Assembly (NCBI GenBank): GCA_010093995.1
Contig: ML992508.1
Coordinates: 716,506 to 780,505 of the forward strand
Direction: 5' to 3'
Length of the DNA: 64,000 nucleotides
Source of the DNA: Elsinoe ampelina
Taxonomy: Eukaryota
Part shown: positions 22,335 through 33,572 of the stretch, one piece after another
Layout of the letters: every line of letters starts with the position of its first letter
Numbering within the stretch: position 1 is the stretch's first letter
Notes under the pieces: generated by a model
What the model was told of the DNA's origin: nothing
The model's database searches: none
What the model saw: the letters and a program-made list of their open reading frames with translations, nothing else
Program-made: the position numbers and the translations under genes

Positions 22335-23644
22335 ATGGCGCCGTCACTCGAAGATGGTAAGATTGTCCATTACTATCAGCTCATCTGACGGTCAACGACG
22401 TGCGTCTGCAATGCTGACTGCTGCCGACAGTACCCAAGCGTAAAGCCGAAGGATCTCCAGAGTCAACAGCTAGTGAGGCCAAAAGGATCAAGTCATCGAA
22501 CTCTCCAACGCCAGAAATCGAAAGAATCGCGCCCCGCGCTGTACCTTTCCCGGAGAAGCCAGCGGTGATTGAAGAGCGGAATGGCGAGATCGAGTTCAGA
22601 GTGGTCAACAATGACAGCAGACACGATTCGTACATCATCCTGACTGGATTGAAATGTATCTTCCAGAAGCAGCTGCCCAAGATGCCAAAGGACTACATCG
22701 CTCGTCTGGTCTACGACCGCACGCATCTCAGTATGGCCATTGTCAAGAAGCCTTTGGAGGTAGTAGGTGGGATTACATACAAACCGTTCAAAGGACGCCA
22801 ATTTGCGGAAATTGTCTTTTGCGCCATCTCTTCGGACCAACAAGTCAAGGGCTACGGAGCACATTTGATGGCACACCTGAAGGACTATGTCAAAGCTACT
22901 TCCGACGTCATGCACTTCCTTACCTATGCGGACAATTATGCTATTGGCTATTTCAAGAAGCAAGGGTTCACAAAGGAGATAACACTCGACCGACAGAAAT
23001 GGATGGGTTACATCAAGGATTACGAAGGAGGAACGATAATGCAGTGTTCGATGCTACCAAAGATCCGATATCTGGAGTCGGGGAGACTTCTGCTGAAGCA
23101 GAAAGCAGCAGCACATGCAAAGATCAGAGCCGTCAGCAAGTCTCATGAGGTCCATGCACCCCCAGCAGCGTGGCGCAACGCACCGAAAGGACAGCCACTC
23201 CCGGCGGTCGACCCATTATCAATACCAGCAATTAAAGAGACAGGTTGGTCGCCAGACATGGACGCCTTAGCTCGCCAGCCTCGACACAACCCATCACATG
23301 CTCTACTCATGCACCTCCTCTCTGCCCTGCAAAACTCCGGCAACGCATGGCCGTTCTTGCAGCCCGTCAACAAAGATGAAGTAGCGGACTACTACGACGT
23401 GATCAAAGAGCCCATGGACTTATCCACCATGGAGCAAAAGCTCGAGTCGGATCAGTACGAGACCCCTGAGGACTTTATCCGAGACTCATTATTGATCTGC
23501 AACAACTGTCGGCGGTACAATGGAGAGACGACACCGTACCACAAAGCGGCCAACAAACTCGAAAAGGAGCTTTGGAAGAAGGTCCGCGAAGTGCCGGAGT
23601 GGTCACACATCGAGCCAGAGAACTTTGTGAATACCGTCAAATAG
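22335..23644 (+). CDS. GCN5: Histone acetyltransferase GCN5 (GNAT + bromodomain)
   Basis: [51 protein letters not shown]...[12 protein letters not shown]. Intron 22357-22430. Confidence 0.97.
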
Positions 23645-23859
23645 AAGAAGACGGATAACGGAGAGACCAACAAGTCGCGCAGCAAGCGAGCAAGGCGTGT
23701 GAGAGTCACGATGAAATGACGCAACGAACGAAAGGTGCCAGGACAGGAGGCAGCGGAATGCATGATACCCATTTCTAGGCTCAGGATAGATGCCACCAGA
23801 ACCATCTCTTCACACATCCCTGTGTCCTCCAAGTTGCAATCTCCCAGAGTATAACTCCC

Positions 23860-26800
23860 TCACCCCTCCATCTCCACCCTAACCCTCATCTCCCTCTCAA
23901 ACAACAAATGATACACCCCCTCCAGCTCCCCCCTCCCCATCCCCACCGCCCCATCCGTATCAAACACCTCCAACCCCCTCAAAACCCACTCCTTGTTCAA
24001 CGGCAACCCCCTCAACCCATCAAAAAACACCCCCCTCACAATCGCAACCTGCGTCTCCACCTCCCTCTCCTCTTTCCTCCCCGCCCACCCCCCTGCCTTC
24101 CTTCCTTCTCCTGCCGTCGAAGTGGACACCCCTTTCACCCTCCCTTCCACTTCGCCCAGCACCCCGAGCTCAAAATCCAGCCACGCCCCCCACAGCCCCG
24201 GCGCGTGCGCCACCCTGCTCCCGTCCGTCAACAACGCCCGGCGGAAGAGGGAGCGCACCGCGTCTCTCGTCCCGCTGCCCTGCGCGAGACGGCGGAGGGC
24301 TTGGTCGATGGCGTAGCACCAGTTTGGGAGAGGGGAGGTGTGGTCTAGCTGGAGCCAAGGGCGGGAAAGGTTGTGCAGGTGGGAGGAGAGGAGGTCGAGG
24401 GGGGAGGTGAGGGTTGCGTATAGGCTGAGGAGGGTGGGGTTGGAGGGGAAGAGGGTTAGGGAGGTGGTGAGGGAGGAGAGGAGGTGGGTGGGGCGGTAGG
24501 GGCGGTGGAGGGAGAGGTGGGTTTTGATGAGAGGGGTTTGGAGGAGGTGGAGTTGTACGAGGAGGGATTGGGATTGGGTTGGGGAGGTTTGGTGGAAGGT
24601 GGAGGATTGGAGAGCGGTGATGTGGGATGAGAGCGTGGAGAGGGCGGAGGGGAGGGGGTCGGAGGAGGTGAGGTACGTGAGGAGGCAGAGGGAGGAGGTG
24701 AAGAGGAGGATGTTGGGGATGTCTTGTCTGAGGAGTGCGGCGTCGAATCCGGAGGATAGGTCGCGTTGAAGAGCGAGGCGGGTTGAAGCTGAAATGGCAG
24801 CGTCTCCATCGTCGTGAAGGTTGGCGATAGCTGCAGTCAATGCTTTGGCTGCAGAGGCCGTGTCTCCTCGATCCATCTCTGTCCATGCCCAGTCGTGACA
24901 GAGCAGTGTGAGGGTAGCTTGGTCATGCCACGTCTGCTGCTGATTATTGCTCTTGGCTTTGACCATAGCAGCCTTCTTGAAGACCGCTATGGAGCTGCTC
25001 CAAAGCTGAACAGCTTTTTGGTAGTTTCCAAGCACAGCTTCCGTGTGCGCGGCAGCATTGTATAGATGGACGTCCGTGGGGTACTGCTTGACCAGTCTTC
25101 TAGCTGTCTTTGCAGCTGTATCAGGGGTGTATTTCGTGCAAAAAGCTATAAAATACGGGCGAAGACTTGGTCCGAGTATATCGTGCGAGAGTAATTGCTC
25201 CAGACCTCTCCGCAGAAACGCGAGAGTAGATCTTCGCGCGGTCAAGCTCTCCGGAAATGTGGAACTCGAACGTGAGAAGAGGTTGGCAACGTTGGGCGTC
25301 GGTCCACCGACCCGATCCAGAAGAGGGTCACGGTCTTCCCCATTGCGCATCAATCTGAACATGGAAGGATCCGTTCGCCAAGGGAAAGGGGTGACTGAAT
25401 TGCCTGATAGTGATGGCAGATCGAAGAAAGCCAGAATACCATCCAGGAGGCACTCTTGCTGCAGACCTGCACTAGTAGCCGTGACGATCTCCTTGATATC
25501 TGAAAAGAGGATGATGTGGAATGCATCGTCCCCTGCCGTGTCAGCATATTCCTCGTTCGTTCTCCCTGGTAGCTCCAGAGCATCATGGAAATGTCGCTCT
25601 CGGTTAACGAACGATGTGAAGGATCCGAGGTTTCTCCACTTTGGTGAATCCCGTCCAGCGACATGTGAAGCTTGGGGGTCCTGAGTGGCAGGCTCTTCAT
25701 CGCCGAATCTTGGCCCCTCATCGTCCCACACTGTCTCAAACCCATTCACTCGATCAGCGAAGGGGTTCGTGTTGTTAGTCGTTGTCAAGTGTAAAGAGAC
25801 GGCGCTCTGGATGATCGCGATTGCGTGCTCGTCATAGCCAGCGTCCGCCATGAATCTCAATAGGCGGAGAAGTACGTGTACGTGCGTGACTTTCAGCGCC
25901 GCCGTGTCAAGGTGGTTCTTCGTGTTCCTTCGTAGTGCGTTGACTTGGTACAGTATGCTGACCACGCTGTTCCTGGTGGTTTCGTACTTCGGGACTGAAG
26001 AGGGACGTTGAATCATGTCCAGATACCTTATCCAAAGCGTGCTTGCGCTCGGATTGTCGTCCAGCGCCTTTCGCCATTTCTCTACCCTGGACGCAGTGTC
26101 CCACAATATGGCTCCTTCCGTAAGCATAGCCTCTAGCATGTCGATACGTGCCTTGCCGTTCAGTACCTTCAAAGCCTTGTCGTACATGTGAAGTCTCAGA
26201 TCTGCGAGGGTCTTCCTTTGTGTAGAAGAGAAATGTTCTGGATCCAGATCCGGTCTGACCAGCTTACACTGAAAGTCTATCAATGTCTTCCACACCTGTT
26301 CGTCGGATGGGTGTGATTGAGTGGCTTTGATCAAAGAAGCATGTTGCTTCCTAATCGTATCCTCGGCATCATGTCTAGCTTCGTCCGAATCATCGCTCGT
26401 CAGATCGCTGTCGGAATCTGCCATTGGATTTGCCTTTCCCTCAATGGACCTGTAGTCTAACGCATCCTCCGTGGGTGAGGGGCTGCCGCGCTTACGTTTT
26501 CTAGTCCTCCTTATCGACAGAAAGGCATCGTTGGCAGCGAAAGAGTCTTCGGTCCTGTCAATCCTGACCAGTTTCTGGCGTCCATCTTTGTTTTTTGTCG
26601 GTTTCATAGATGCTAAGGTCCTTGACTTGTCCACGGCGCCGCCGAAACCATTGCGTTCCAAAACGAGTTCAGATGTGCTACTCAAGTCGCGGTCGATCTT
26701 GATACCACGCGGGAGACCTACAATACGGCCGTAGCCAGCACGATGATAGCGTGGAATACTGTATTTGTGCAAAGTGCCATACGTGAGGTTCTTCGGATCC

Positions 26801-27063
26801 CCCCTCATGTCGACAATGAACACTTCTGGACTCTCGCCATCTTCTTGGACGGACTGTGTGACGTTCTGGTCTAGTGACTTTGGTAACCGCTCCTCACGAT
26901 GACGCGATGGTTTGCGCGATTCTCTTCGATGGTGGTGGCCGACTTCATGGTCTCGTTGATGCGATCTCTCAGGTGACTTTGGCCTGGCATCCTCACGCTG
27001 TGTTGCCTCAGGCTTAGGGATTTTAGGCTTGTATGACTTGAATTTGGGTATAATCCCGGTCAT
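23860..27063 (-). CDS. NRDE2: NRDE-2 family nuclear exosome/RNAi regulator
   Basis: FIVDMRGDPKNLTYGTLHKYSIPRYHRAGYG; HAT-like helices; FETVWDDEGPRFG; C-terminal GLRGLPLNKEW...EREMRVRV. Confidence 0.85.
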   Translation of the reverse strand: MTGIIPKFKSYKPKIPKPEATQREDARPKSPERSHQRDHEVGHHHRRESRKPSRHREERLPKSLDQNVTQSVQEDGESPEVFIVDMRGDPKNLTYGTLHKYSIPRYHRAGYGRIVGLPRGIKIDRDLSSTSELVLERNGFGGAVDKSRTLASMKPTKNKDGRQKLVRIDRTEDSFAANDAFLSIRRTRKRKRGSPSPTEDALDYRSIEGKANPMADSDSDLTSDDSDEARHDAEDTIRKQHASLIKATQSHPSDEQVWKTLIDFQCKLVRPDLDPEHFSSTQRKTLADLRLHMYDKALKVLNGKARIDMLEAMLTEGAILWDTASRVEKWRKALDDNPSASTLWIRYLDMIQRPSSVPKYETTRNSVVSILYQVNALRRNTKNHLDTAALKVTHVHVLLRLLRFMADAGYDEHAIAIIQSAVSLHLTTTNNTNPFADRVNGFETVWDDEGPRFGDEEPATQDPQASHVAGRDSPKWRNLGSFTSFVNRERHFHDALELPGRTNEEYADTAGDDAFHIILFSDIKEIVTATSAGLQQECLLDGILAFFDLPSLSGNSVTPFPWRTDPSMFRLMRNGEDRDPLLDRVGGPTPNVANLFSRSSSTFPESLTARRSTLAFLRRGLEQLLSHDILGPSLRPYFIAFCTKYTPDTAAKTARRLVKQYPTDVHLYNAAAHTEAVLGNYQKAVQLWSSSIAVFKKAAMVKAKSNNQQQTWHDQATLTLLCHDWAWTEMDRGDTASAAKALTAAIANLHDDGDAAISASTRLALQRDLSSGFDAALLRQDIPNILLFTSSLCLLTYLTSSDPLPSALSTLSSHITALQSSTFHQTSPTQSQSLLVQLHLLQTPLIKTHLSLHRPYRPTHLLSSLTTSLTLFPSNPTLLSLYATLTSPLDLLSSHLHNLSRPWLQLDHTSPLPNWCYAIDQALRRLAQGSGTRDAVRSLFRRALLTDGSRVAHAPGLWGAWLDFELGVLGEVEGRVKGVSTSTAGEGRKAGGWAGRKEEREVETQVAIVRGVFFDGLRGLPLNKEWVLRGLEVFDTDGAVGMGRGELEGVYHLLFEREMRVRVEMEG

Positions 27064-27193
27064 TTCAACCTGTTCCGTCTGTCAGGCAGGTCCCTGACCA
27101 CGCATTCGAATCATGACTTACCTGCAAAAAGGCAAGTCGGGAGGGTGAGGCTCGTCGTCGTCACATGATGATGCGACGGAACGGCGGCCCGAC

Positions 27194-27215
27194 GAAAAAA
27201 ATCCTTATCGATAAG
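27194..27215. promoter_or_regulatory. A-tract plus 12-bp palindrome CTTATCGATAAG in the NRDE2/UTP10 bidirectional promoter
   Basis: gaaaaaaatccttatcgataag; palindrome at 27204-27215, about 77 bp upstream of the UTP10 ATG. Confidence 0.45.
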
Positions 27216-27291
27216 ACCAGCATCTTTTTCTCCCGCCATGACCATTGGAAGTAACTTTGCTGCTCTCGTCTCGACTCCAAGGTCAAACAAA

Positions 27292-30200
27292 ATGGCGAGT
27301 GCTCTGCAGCAGCAATTGGCTGCGATCGCCGAGAAGAGTACCAACCAGTTAGACCTCAAAGCGCAGAGGAATCAGCATAGCCAGTCTCTCCTCTTCGATC
27401 CCAAGGAAGCTGCAAACCAGACCTTTGATACTATCTACCAAGTCGCACTTGATGGATTTGAAGACCTTTGTATGCTGGACGCCAGGTTCACAAGCTATGC
27501 TCACAACCTGTTCAGCGAGCAAAGTAAAAGCGAGGATAGGACACAAATGACTGCAGCAGAAAACGAGGAGCTGGATAAAGTCATACACAACTTCCTTGGA
27601 CTCGTGAGCGGTCGACTACTTCTTAGTCCTGGACAGAAGACGGTCGAGTGGCTTGTACGAAGATTTCGGATCCACGAGTACAACACCGAGTATTTCATCC
27701 TGGCATTCCTACCTTACCACGACAAGAACATCTTCCCTACAGCTCTTTCGATTTTGCCAAAGTCTCGAGCACTGTCACCAGCACTCAAGTTTCTGCAACC
27801 ATATATCAAGTCACTTTCGACACTACCACGCCATGCAGTCGTGTACAGCGCCATCAACAACCCATCTTTCTTTGCTCTGCTCAATCGCTTTGCGCTGTCC
27901 ACCGCGAAGCAGGGCAACCAATCCGCCAGTCTCCTAGGCTTCTGGGCTAGTATACTGGCTCAGGCTATCAATGGTCAGCTTGATGCTGCACAGTCTGGTC
28001 GGCCAGATATCAAACGTCAGCGAGAAGAGGAAGTTCTACTTCGGGTCATTCCTGTGCTACAGGAAGCATCTCAAATTTCGGATGTGACAGAGCTTTTCCT
28101 TGGTTGTTGCATGATCGCAGTCATTCTAGCTACCAAGATTGACCTCAAAGACGACGTTCTGGACGCTCTGATGGACACAATCTCCGGCAGCTGGACCAAG
28201 CAGACCTTCAATGATGGGATTGCGTGCCTGTCAGTCATTGCACAGGAGAAGTCAACCGTAGACCTCCCAAAAGCCACGGCGAGGAAGCTTCTCAATACCA
28301 CACAGATCTTCGAGAAACTCGAGGCCTGTTCGAAGCGGTATCCGGTCGATCGTCTGAGTACTGGTATCGCTGCCACGTTTGTCAAAGGTCGGCGACCCAA
28401 GGGAACCGGTAATCACTCCCAGCTACTGGTCGACTACTTCAGCATGAGTGCCGTGAGTGAGAACAACAAGGCTGATATTCTTCAAGCGGCGATAGAAGGA
28501 TCTTCCCAGGAGCGGGATGGTCATCCCATTCAGATTCGAGACGTCATTAGTGGTATAACCTCTGTGGTGCAAAGGAGCGCCTCACAGTCTCTCATAGCCA
28601 CATGCATTCGTCAGAAACGCTTCACATCTTCCAGTCTTGAGAAGGTCACTGGTTCGCCACTCCAGCTGGATTTATCTGAAGTCACGGAAGATAATCATGA
28701 GGTCGACGAGGAGATGCGGGACCAGGACACCTTGGAGGCGCCGGAAGCAGCAAAGGTCGATATCGAGGCACTCGCTTCGAAGTTCAAGGCGACGCATTCG
28801 TTTCTTGTTCCCGAGGCGCAGACCGCATATTCCAACCTCTCAAGGGTCTTTGCACAGTGCATTTCTCAAAAGGGAGACCTGGATGCGCTTACCGAAAAGA
28901 CCAAGTCGATTTCTGGACATGACACTGTGCCATTCCTTAGCTTGTTGGTGAAGATTTGGACTGTTCATCCATCTGCATTGGTCCGACGAGCAGCACTTCA
29001 AGTCGCAAAAAGCATTGTCAGCGCCACGGAAACACAAGGAGATCACCAATTTGTACTGCCATACGTTCTGTGTGCCCTACAGGATGACCAGGAAACAATT
29101 CGAAGATCTGCTGCCGAGCTCGTTCTCGAGTTGAAATCCTCCTTGAAAAGCGCAGATAAAGCAAAGGCCCTCGCAAATCTTACTGCTATGGGCAAAGATG
29201 ACTTGTACGGGCCAAAGACTAAGGCAGTCAAGTGGATGAAGCCAACCGACTACTACACCGTTCTCACAGAAGCCATCATCGGCGCCATGGAGGAATGCGT
29301 CGTTGATGTGGATGCGATACGACGCATACTTGCAGCAGCGATTGATGGATCCGACGATGATATTGAACTCAAGACCAGCGTGCGTGCGTCACTATACGCG
29401 AATCTGCTCAGTCACGCAATCACCACTCCAGTCTTACGAGCTCGAGTGAAGCTTTTCGACACGCTCAGCATAGTGGGGAAATCCGCTTCAGCTGCGAAGA
29501 AAAATCTTTTCGTCCCTGCGCTGAAGACGTGGATTGCTACATCCAATGCTGAACGAACAGAGATCTGTCGAATCGCGAATGTGGACCGTACTATGGTTGA
29601 CAAGGCATATATGGATCTAATCACCGGCGAGTCCGAAGAGGAAGTGGATTTGCTCAGATCGATCATTCAAGGAGAGACTGATTGTTCGAGCGACATGTGT
29701 TTTCTGGTTACGAAAAGACTGCGCGCCATCTGGTCTGATCTGAGAGATCGTGATCAGACGAATCTGGCGGAAGTGTTCCTGAATGCCTCGCTCGAGGATC
29801 ATGCGGACGATTCCGCCAGTGATCCTTCCAGCAATGCTTTGACACTTCTCCGCCAGGTGCGACTGTCCGGTGATGCTCTGGTAGCATTAATGCAAGGCGT
29901 GCATGCTTCACTTTCCATGCCCGACACAGCACCGGCTACGAAGCGCCGACGAACAAGCAGTTCTCGTTCTCGCGGCCAGGACGTCAACACGGAAGACATG
30001 ACGAAGATGATCCGGCGCTTGACCGTTGTGCTGGAACTTGTCGAGTCTTCAAAACCTGAGAGGCATCCAGAATTACTCAAGTACCTCTTCCATGCTCTGG
30101 GGGATCTGCAGCAGGTCAAGAGTCAGTTAGGCTCAGATCTTGTCTATTTGCAGCAGATGATTCTTGGATCACTCCTGGCGATGGTGAACACACTGAAGGG

Positions 30201-32655
30201 TACACCTGCCTCACGCATGGATCGCTCAGCACTACGCACGGATCTGGTTGTAGATTCTATGAGGTCGACCTCCAGCACACAAGTGCACAACTCGGCATTG
30301 TTGCTCATCGCAGCACTGGCAAGCTGGGCGCCAGAACTGGTTCTGCACTCCGTCATGCCTCTCTTTACTTTCATGAGTAGTTCCATCCTTCGTCAAGGTG
30401 ACGATTACTCTGCGCACGTCATCGACCAGACTGTCTCACAAGTCATCCCGCCCCTTGTCTCTTCGCTCAGGAAGAAGAACCAGGATTTAGTGACTGGGGC
30501 AGCTGAACTTTTGCTGAGTTTCACTGCTGCCTTTGAGCATATGCCGATGCATCGCAGACTGCAGCTATTCAAGCAGCTCATCACTGCGCTAGGTCCGGAG
30601 GAGGCACTGTCTGCTATCATCGCTATGCTGTTCGAGAAATATCCCTCGGACCGAAGGATTCCAAGTTTCTGCGCAGAGCTTGCTAGCCAGTATCCACCAG
30701 TGACGCAGATCCGTGCCGTCGTTCAGTACATCGACCTTGTAGCCGATGCGTTGCAGCCTAAGCGTACAGTCTCTGAAGCCATCTTCAGCTTCGATCAGAC
30801 CACGGATGAGCTAGTACAAGACAAGGCAGTTTTACTCATCTCGTCGCTGTCGTCTTTCCTCAATGAGGGGCAATTGCAGCATCAAGTCAGGTCGGCTTTG
30901 ACTCGCAACAAGGATGATATGATTGCGATTGAACAAATCGCAGGGGCTATGATAGACAGAAGTGTCGGATTCGCTAAGGGGATGAGCGCGAAGGGAGACC
31001 TGAGATCAGCAAGCAATGCTGTAGTGACGTCCGCTCTAAACTTGTTGCCTACAGCTCATTTCGCCCGAGCAGCTGTGCCACTACTCGACACACCCGACGA
31101 GAGTCTCGGTGTACGCATATTGGACACCCTCGAAGCTCGGACTAATGAAGTCAAGACGTCAGACGTCAATGCCCGGGTCGTTTTACTGGAGACTCTACCT
31201 GTCATTTGCAAACTTGCCGAGTCGAGCGCGAGTCAGGTGATCCAGCATGGAGCTATTGCTTGCGTCGATCGCATCGTCGAGAAGTTCGGAAAGAAGGACA
31301 CTGCCACCAGTTTGGAAGCTGCACGCACTCTTGCATCCTCCTCTATCCTTGGTCATGCTTCAGCTTCCATTCAAGCCATTGCTTTGTTCGCTTTGGCTAC
31401 AATGGTAGAGGTTCTTAGGGACGACATCATTGGCGTCCTTCCCACCGTGATCGACCACGCACTTCTCCATCTCCAGCAAGCCGTGACCACCAAACCAGAC
31501 CCGAAACTCTGCGATGCTTCATTGGCGTTTCTCACTACGGCGCTTGAGTATCTGCCTTGGACGATCTCGAAAGACTCCATGGGGCGCATAATTCGGTCGT
31601 CAATCGATGCTGCAGCACACCCTGACATTGCCATTCCGACTAGAGCAGCTCGAGAGACTTTCATCAACCTTGCCGCCGAGTCAGTAGATCTCAAGGTGCT
31701 AGCGGGCGCCATCGAGGTTTCGCTTGAGAAAGGTTTCGAGAGAGGCGCTGATGGGACCGAGGAAATACTCAACATCATCGACAAGGTCGTCACATCGGCC
31801 ACCAAGTCGTCGATGTCCAAGCACCACAATGCCATTCTGTCAATCTTGAAACAGACATTTGATCTCCGAGCCGGGCTATCTGCTGCAAGCGAAGAGGAGA
31901 GCCTCGACGATGAAGAGCTTGATGATCTCGACAAAAGAAGAGATGCCATCATGATGAGAACCATCATGAAGCTCAATGATGCCACCTTCCGTCCATTCTT
32001 CGCCTCGCTCGTAGAGTGGGCAACCGAAGACAGCGACGAAGAGGCCCAGATCGATCGCCAGCTTAGTCTTTACACGTTTCTCGCCACCTTCTTCGACACG
32101 CTCAAATCACTTGTCACAAGCTACTCGTCATTCATTCTGGATCACACCGCTACCGCTCTGACCTCCTTGTCTGTGGCGAACAGGACAGACCGACCTCTAC
32201 TCGCTAAAATAACCGCAGCTTTGACCGCCACGTTCACCCACGACCAAGACGACTTCTGGGCCGCCCCGTCTCACTTCGGCAAGATCTATCCTGCGCTCGT
32301 TGCTCAGCTGCAGAAGTCGCGATCGATCGCAAAGGAAGACAGCATCTCCATCATTCCAACGATCGTGGAGTTGGCTTCTGCGGCTTCTTCCCAGGATCAT
32401 CTCAAGGAATTGAACAGCGAGCTGCTGAAGATGATGCGTAGCCGTGAAGCACACGTGCGACTGGCGGCTGTGAAAACAGAACGGGCTTTGACAGAGCGAC
32501 TCGGAGAAGACTGGCTGGCACTGCTACCGGAGATGCTGCCATTCATTGGAGAAGTGCAAGAGGACGAGGACGAGGGAGTGGAGAGGGAAGTGCTCGCCTG
32601 GATCAAAGGGATCGAAGGCGTGCTCGGGGAAAGTCTCGAGGGAATGTTACAGTAG
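27292..32655 (+). CDS. UTP10: U3 snoRNA-associated protein 10 (HEATR1), intronless
   Basis: MASALQQQLAAIA...SLLFDPKEAA; EWLVRRFRIHEYN; KLNDATFRPFF; WLALLPEMLPFIGEVQEDEDEGVE. Confidence 0.96.
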   Translation: MASALQQQLAAIAEKSTNQLDLKAQRNQHSQSLLFDPKEAANQTFDTIYQVALDGFEDLCMLDARFTSYAHNLFSEQSKSEDRTQMTAAENEELDKVIHNFLGLVSGRLLLSPGQKTVEWLVRRFRIHEYNTEYFILAFLPYHDKNIFPTALSILPKSRALSPALKFLQPYIKSLSTLPRHAVVYSAINNPSFFALLNRFALSTAKQGNQSASLLGFWASILAQAINGQLDAAQSGRPDIKRQREEEVLLRVIPVLQEASQISDVTELFLGCCMIAVILATKIDLKDDVLDALMDTISGSWTKQTFNDGIACLSVIAQEKSTVDLPKATARKLLNTTQIFEKLEACSKRYPVDRLSTGIAATFVKGRRPKGTGNHSQLLVDYFSMSAVSENNKADILQAAIEGSSQERDGHPIQIRDVISGITSVVQRSASQSLIATCIRQKRFTSSSLEKVTGSPLQLDLSEVTEDNHEVDEEMRDQDTLEAPEAAKVDIEALASKFKATHSFLVPEAQTAYSNLSRVFAQCISQKGDLDALTEKTKSISGHDTVPFLSLLVKIWTVHPSALVRRAALQVAKSIVSATETQGDHQFVLPYVLCALQDDQETIRRSAAELVLELKSSLKSADKAKALANLTAMGKDDLYGPKTKAVKWMKPTDYYTVLTEAIIGAMEECVVDVDAIRRILAAAIDGSDDDIELKTSVRASLYANLLSHAITTPVLRARVKLFDTLSIVGKSASAAKKNLFVPALKTWIATSNAERTEICRIANVDRTMVDKAYMDLITGESEEEVDLLRSIIQGETDCSSDMCFLVTKRLRAIWSDLRDRDQTNLAEVFLNASLEDHADDSASDPSSNALTLLRQVRLSGDALVALMQGVHASLSMPDTAPATKRRRTSSSRSRGQDVNTEDMTKMIRRLTVVLELVESSKPERHPELLKYLFHALGDLQQVKSQLGSDLVYLQQMILGSLLAMVNTLKGTPASRMDRSALRTDLVVDSMRSTSSTQVHNSALLLIAALASWAPELVLHSVMPLFTFMSSSILRQGDDYSAHVIDQTVSQVIPPLVSSLRKKNQDLVTGAAELLLSFTAAFEHMPMHRRLQLFKQLITALGPEEALSAIIAMLFEKYPSDRRIPSFCAELASQYPPVTQIRAVVQYIDLVADALQPKRTVSEAIFSFDQTTDELVQDKAVLLISSLSSFLNEGQLQHQVRSALTRNKDDMIAIEQIAGAMIDRSVGFAKGMSAKGDLRSASNAVVTSALNLLPTAHFARAAVPLLDTPDESLGVRILDTLEARTNEVKTSDVNARVVLLETLPVICKLAESSASQVIQHGAIACVDRIVEKFGKKDTATSLEAARTLASSSILGHASASIQAIALFALATMVEVLRDDIIGVLPTVIDHALLHLQQAVTTKPDPKLCDASLAFLTTALEYLPWTISKDSMGRIIRSSIDAAAHPDIAIPTRAARETFINLAAESVDLKVLAGAIEVSLEKGFERGADGTEEILNIIDKVVTSATKSSMSKHHNAILSILKQTFDLRAGLSAASEEESLDDEELDDLDKRRDAIMMRTIMKLNDATFRPFFASLVEWATEDSDEEAQIDRQLSLYTFLATFFDTLKSLVTSYSSFILDHTATALTSLSVANRTDRPLLAKITAALTATFTHDQDDFWAAPSHFGKIYPALVAQLQKSRSIAKEDSISIIPTIVELASAASSQDHLKELNSELLKMMRSREAHVRLAAVKTERALTERLGEDWLALLPEMLPFIGEVQEDEDEGVEREVLAWIKGIEGVLGESLEGMLQ

Positions 32656-32760
32656 TTATGTATAGCTCAGAGATACCCATGTATTCATACAACCTCATCC
32701 ATTCATCAATGCAGTCATTGTCCACTCCCCTACCCCCTGTTTCAACTCCATCCCGTATCT

Positions 32761-33267
32761 CTACTTCTTCTCCACCGCATACTTCCTCAAGACCTCCAAA
32801 TCAATCTTCTTCAACGCACTCTCATTCGTCGCCTCAAGATACACCTTTGGCACAATCTTCTCCCCCCTCGGATCGCCTCCCTTTGCCTCGAACGCCTCCA
32901 ACCACCGACTCGCACACAAACACCACTTACACCCGCCCTTGAGCCCGACGGTCCGGAGATCATTCCCCCGCGACGCTGAGAAATCGAGGAATTCATCCGT
33001 CACTTCGGCCGCGACGGCGTGGTTGCCGTAGTCGCTCGGGGGAACTTCGCAGTAGCCGTTGCGGAGGAAACCGGTCATGGGGGAGGTGGAGTGGAGGGCG
33101 AGGGGGGTGCGGAGGACGTTGAGGGATTTGGAGGACATGGTTGGGTCGTGGGTGTCGTCGGGGGAGGGGTGGAGGAGCTGGAAGGGGTGTTGGAGTTGGT
33201 GGTGGTTGGCGAGGGTTGAGGTTGTGATGCTGCTGAGGAGGAAGAGGAGGTTGGTTGGGAGAAGCAT
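32761..33267 (-). CDS. DUF2237 family protein (alternative start at 33138)
   Basis: LNVLRTPL...PMTGFLRNGYC...GNHAV...FLDFSASRGNDL...GLKGGCKWCLCASRWLEA...PKVYLEATNESAL. Confidence 0.85.
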   Translation of the reverse strand: MLLPTNLLFLLSSITTSTLANHHQLQHPFQLLHPSPDDTHDPTMSSKSLNVLRTPLALHSTSPMTGFLRNGYCEVPPSDYGNHAVAAEVTDEFLDFSASRGNDLRTVGLKGGCKWCLCASRWLEAFEAKGGDPRGEKIVPKVYLEATNESALKKIDLEVLRKYAVEKK

Positions 33268-33572
33268 GGGGTGGCAGGGAGAGTTGGTCGGGTGGGATGT
33301 CGTGCTTGCGGGAAGAATGGTGGTGATGGAGGGGTGAGGTCGTTGTCGTGGATGGTGACGTGTGCGGCTCTGGGTGATCTGAGATCGCTGAGATCGGATC
33401 TTGATGGGAAGAGCTTGTCTTGAATATGCTCGTAATGTGGAATATCAGTGTTGGAAACGGGTTCTCCTATAATCAAATTACTATCAAAGTCTATACGAAA
33501 CCCAGTGTATGCCATCGCTATGCAATTACGGTGCTTGTGAGAGTCAGGACCATGATCCGACTCTTCTCGTAC

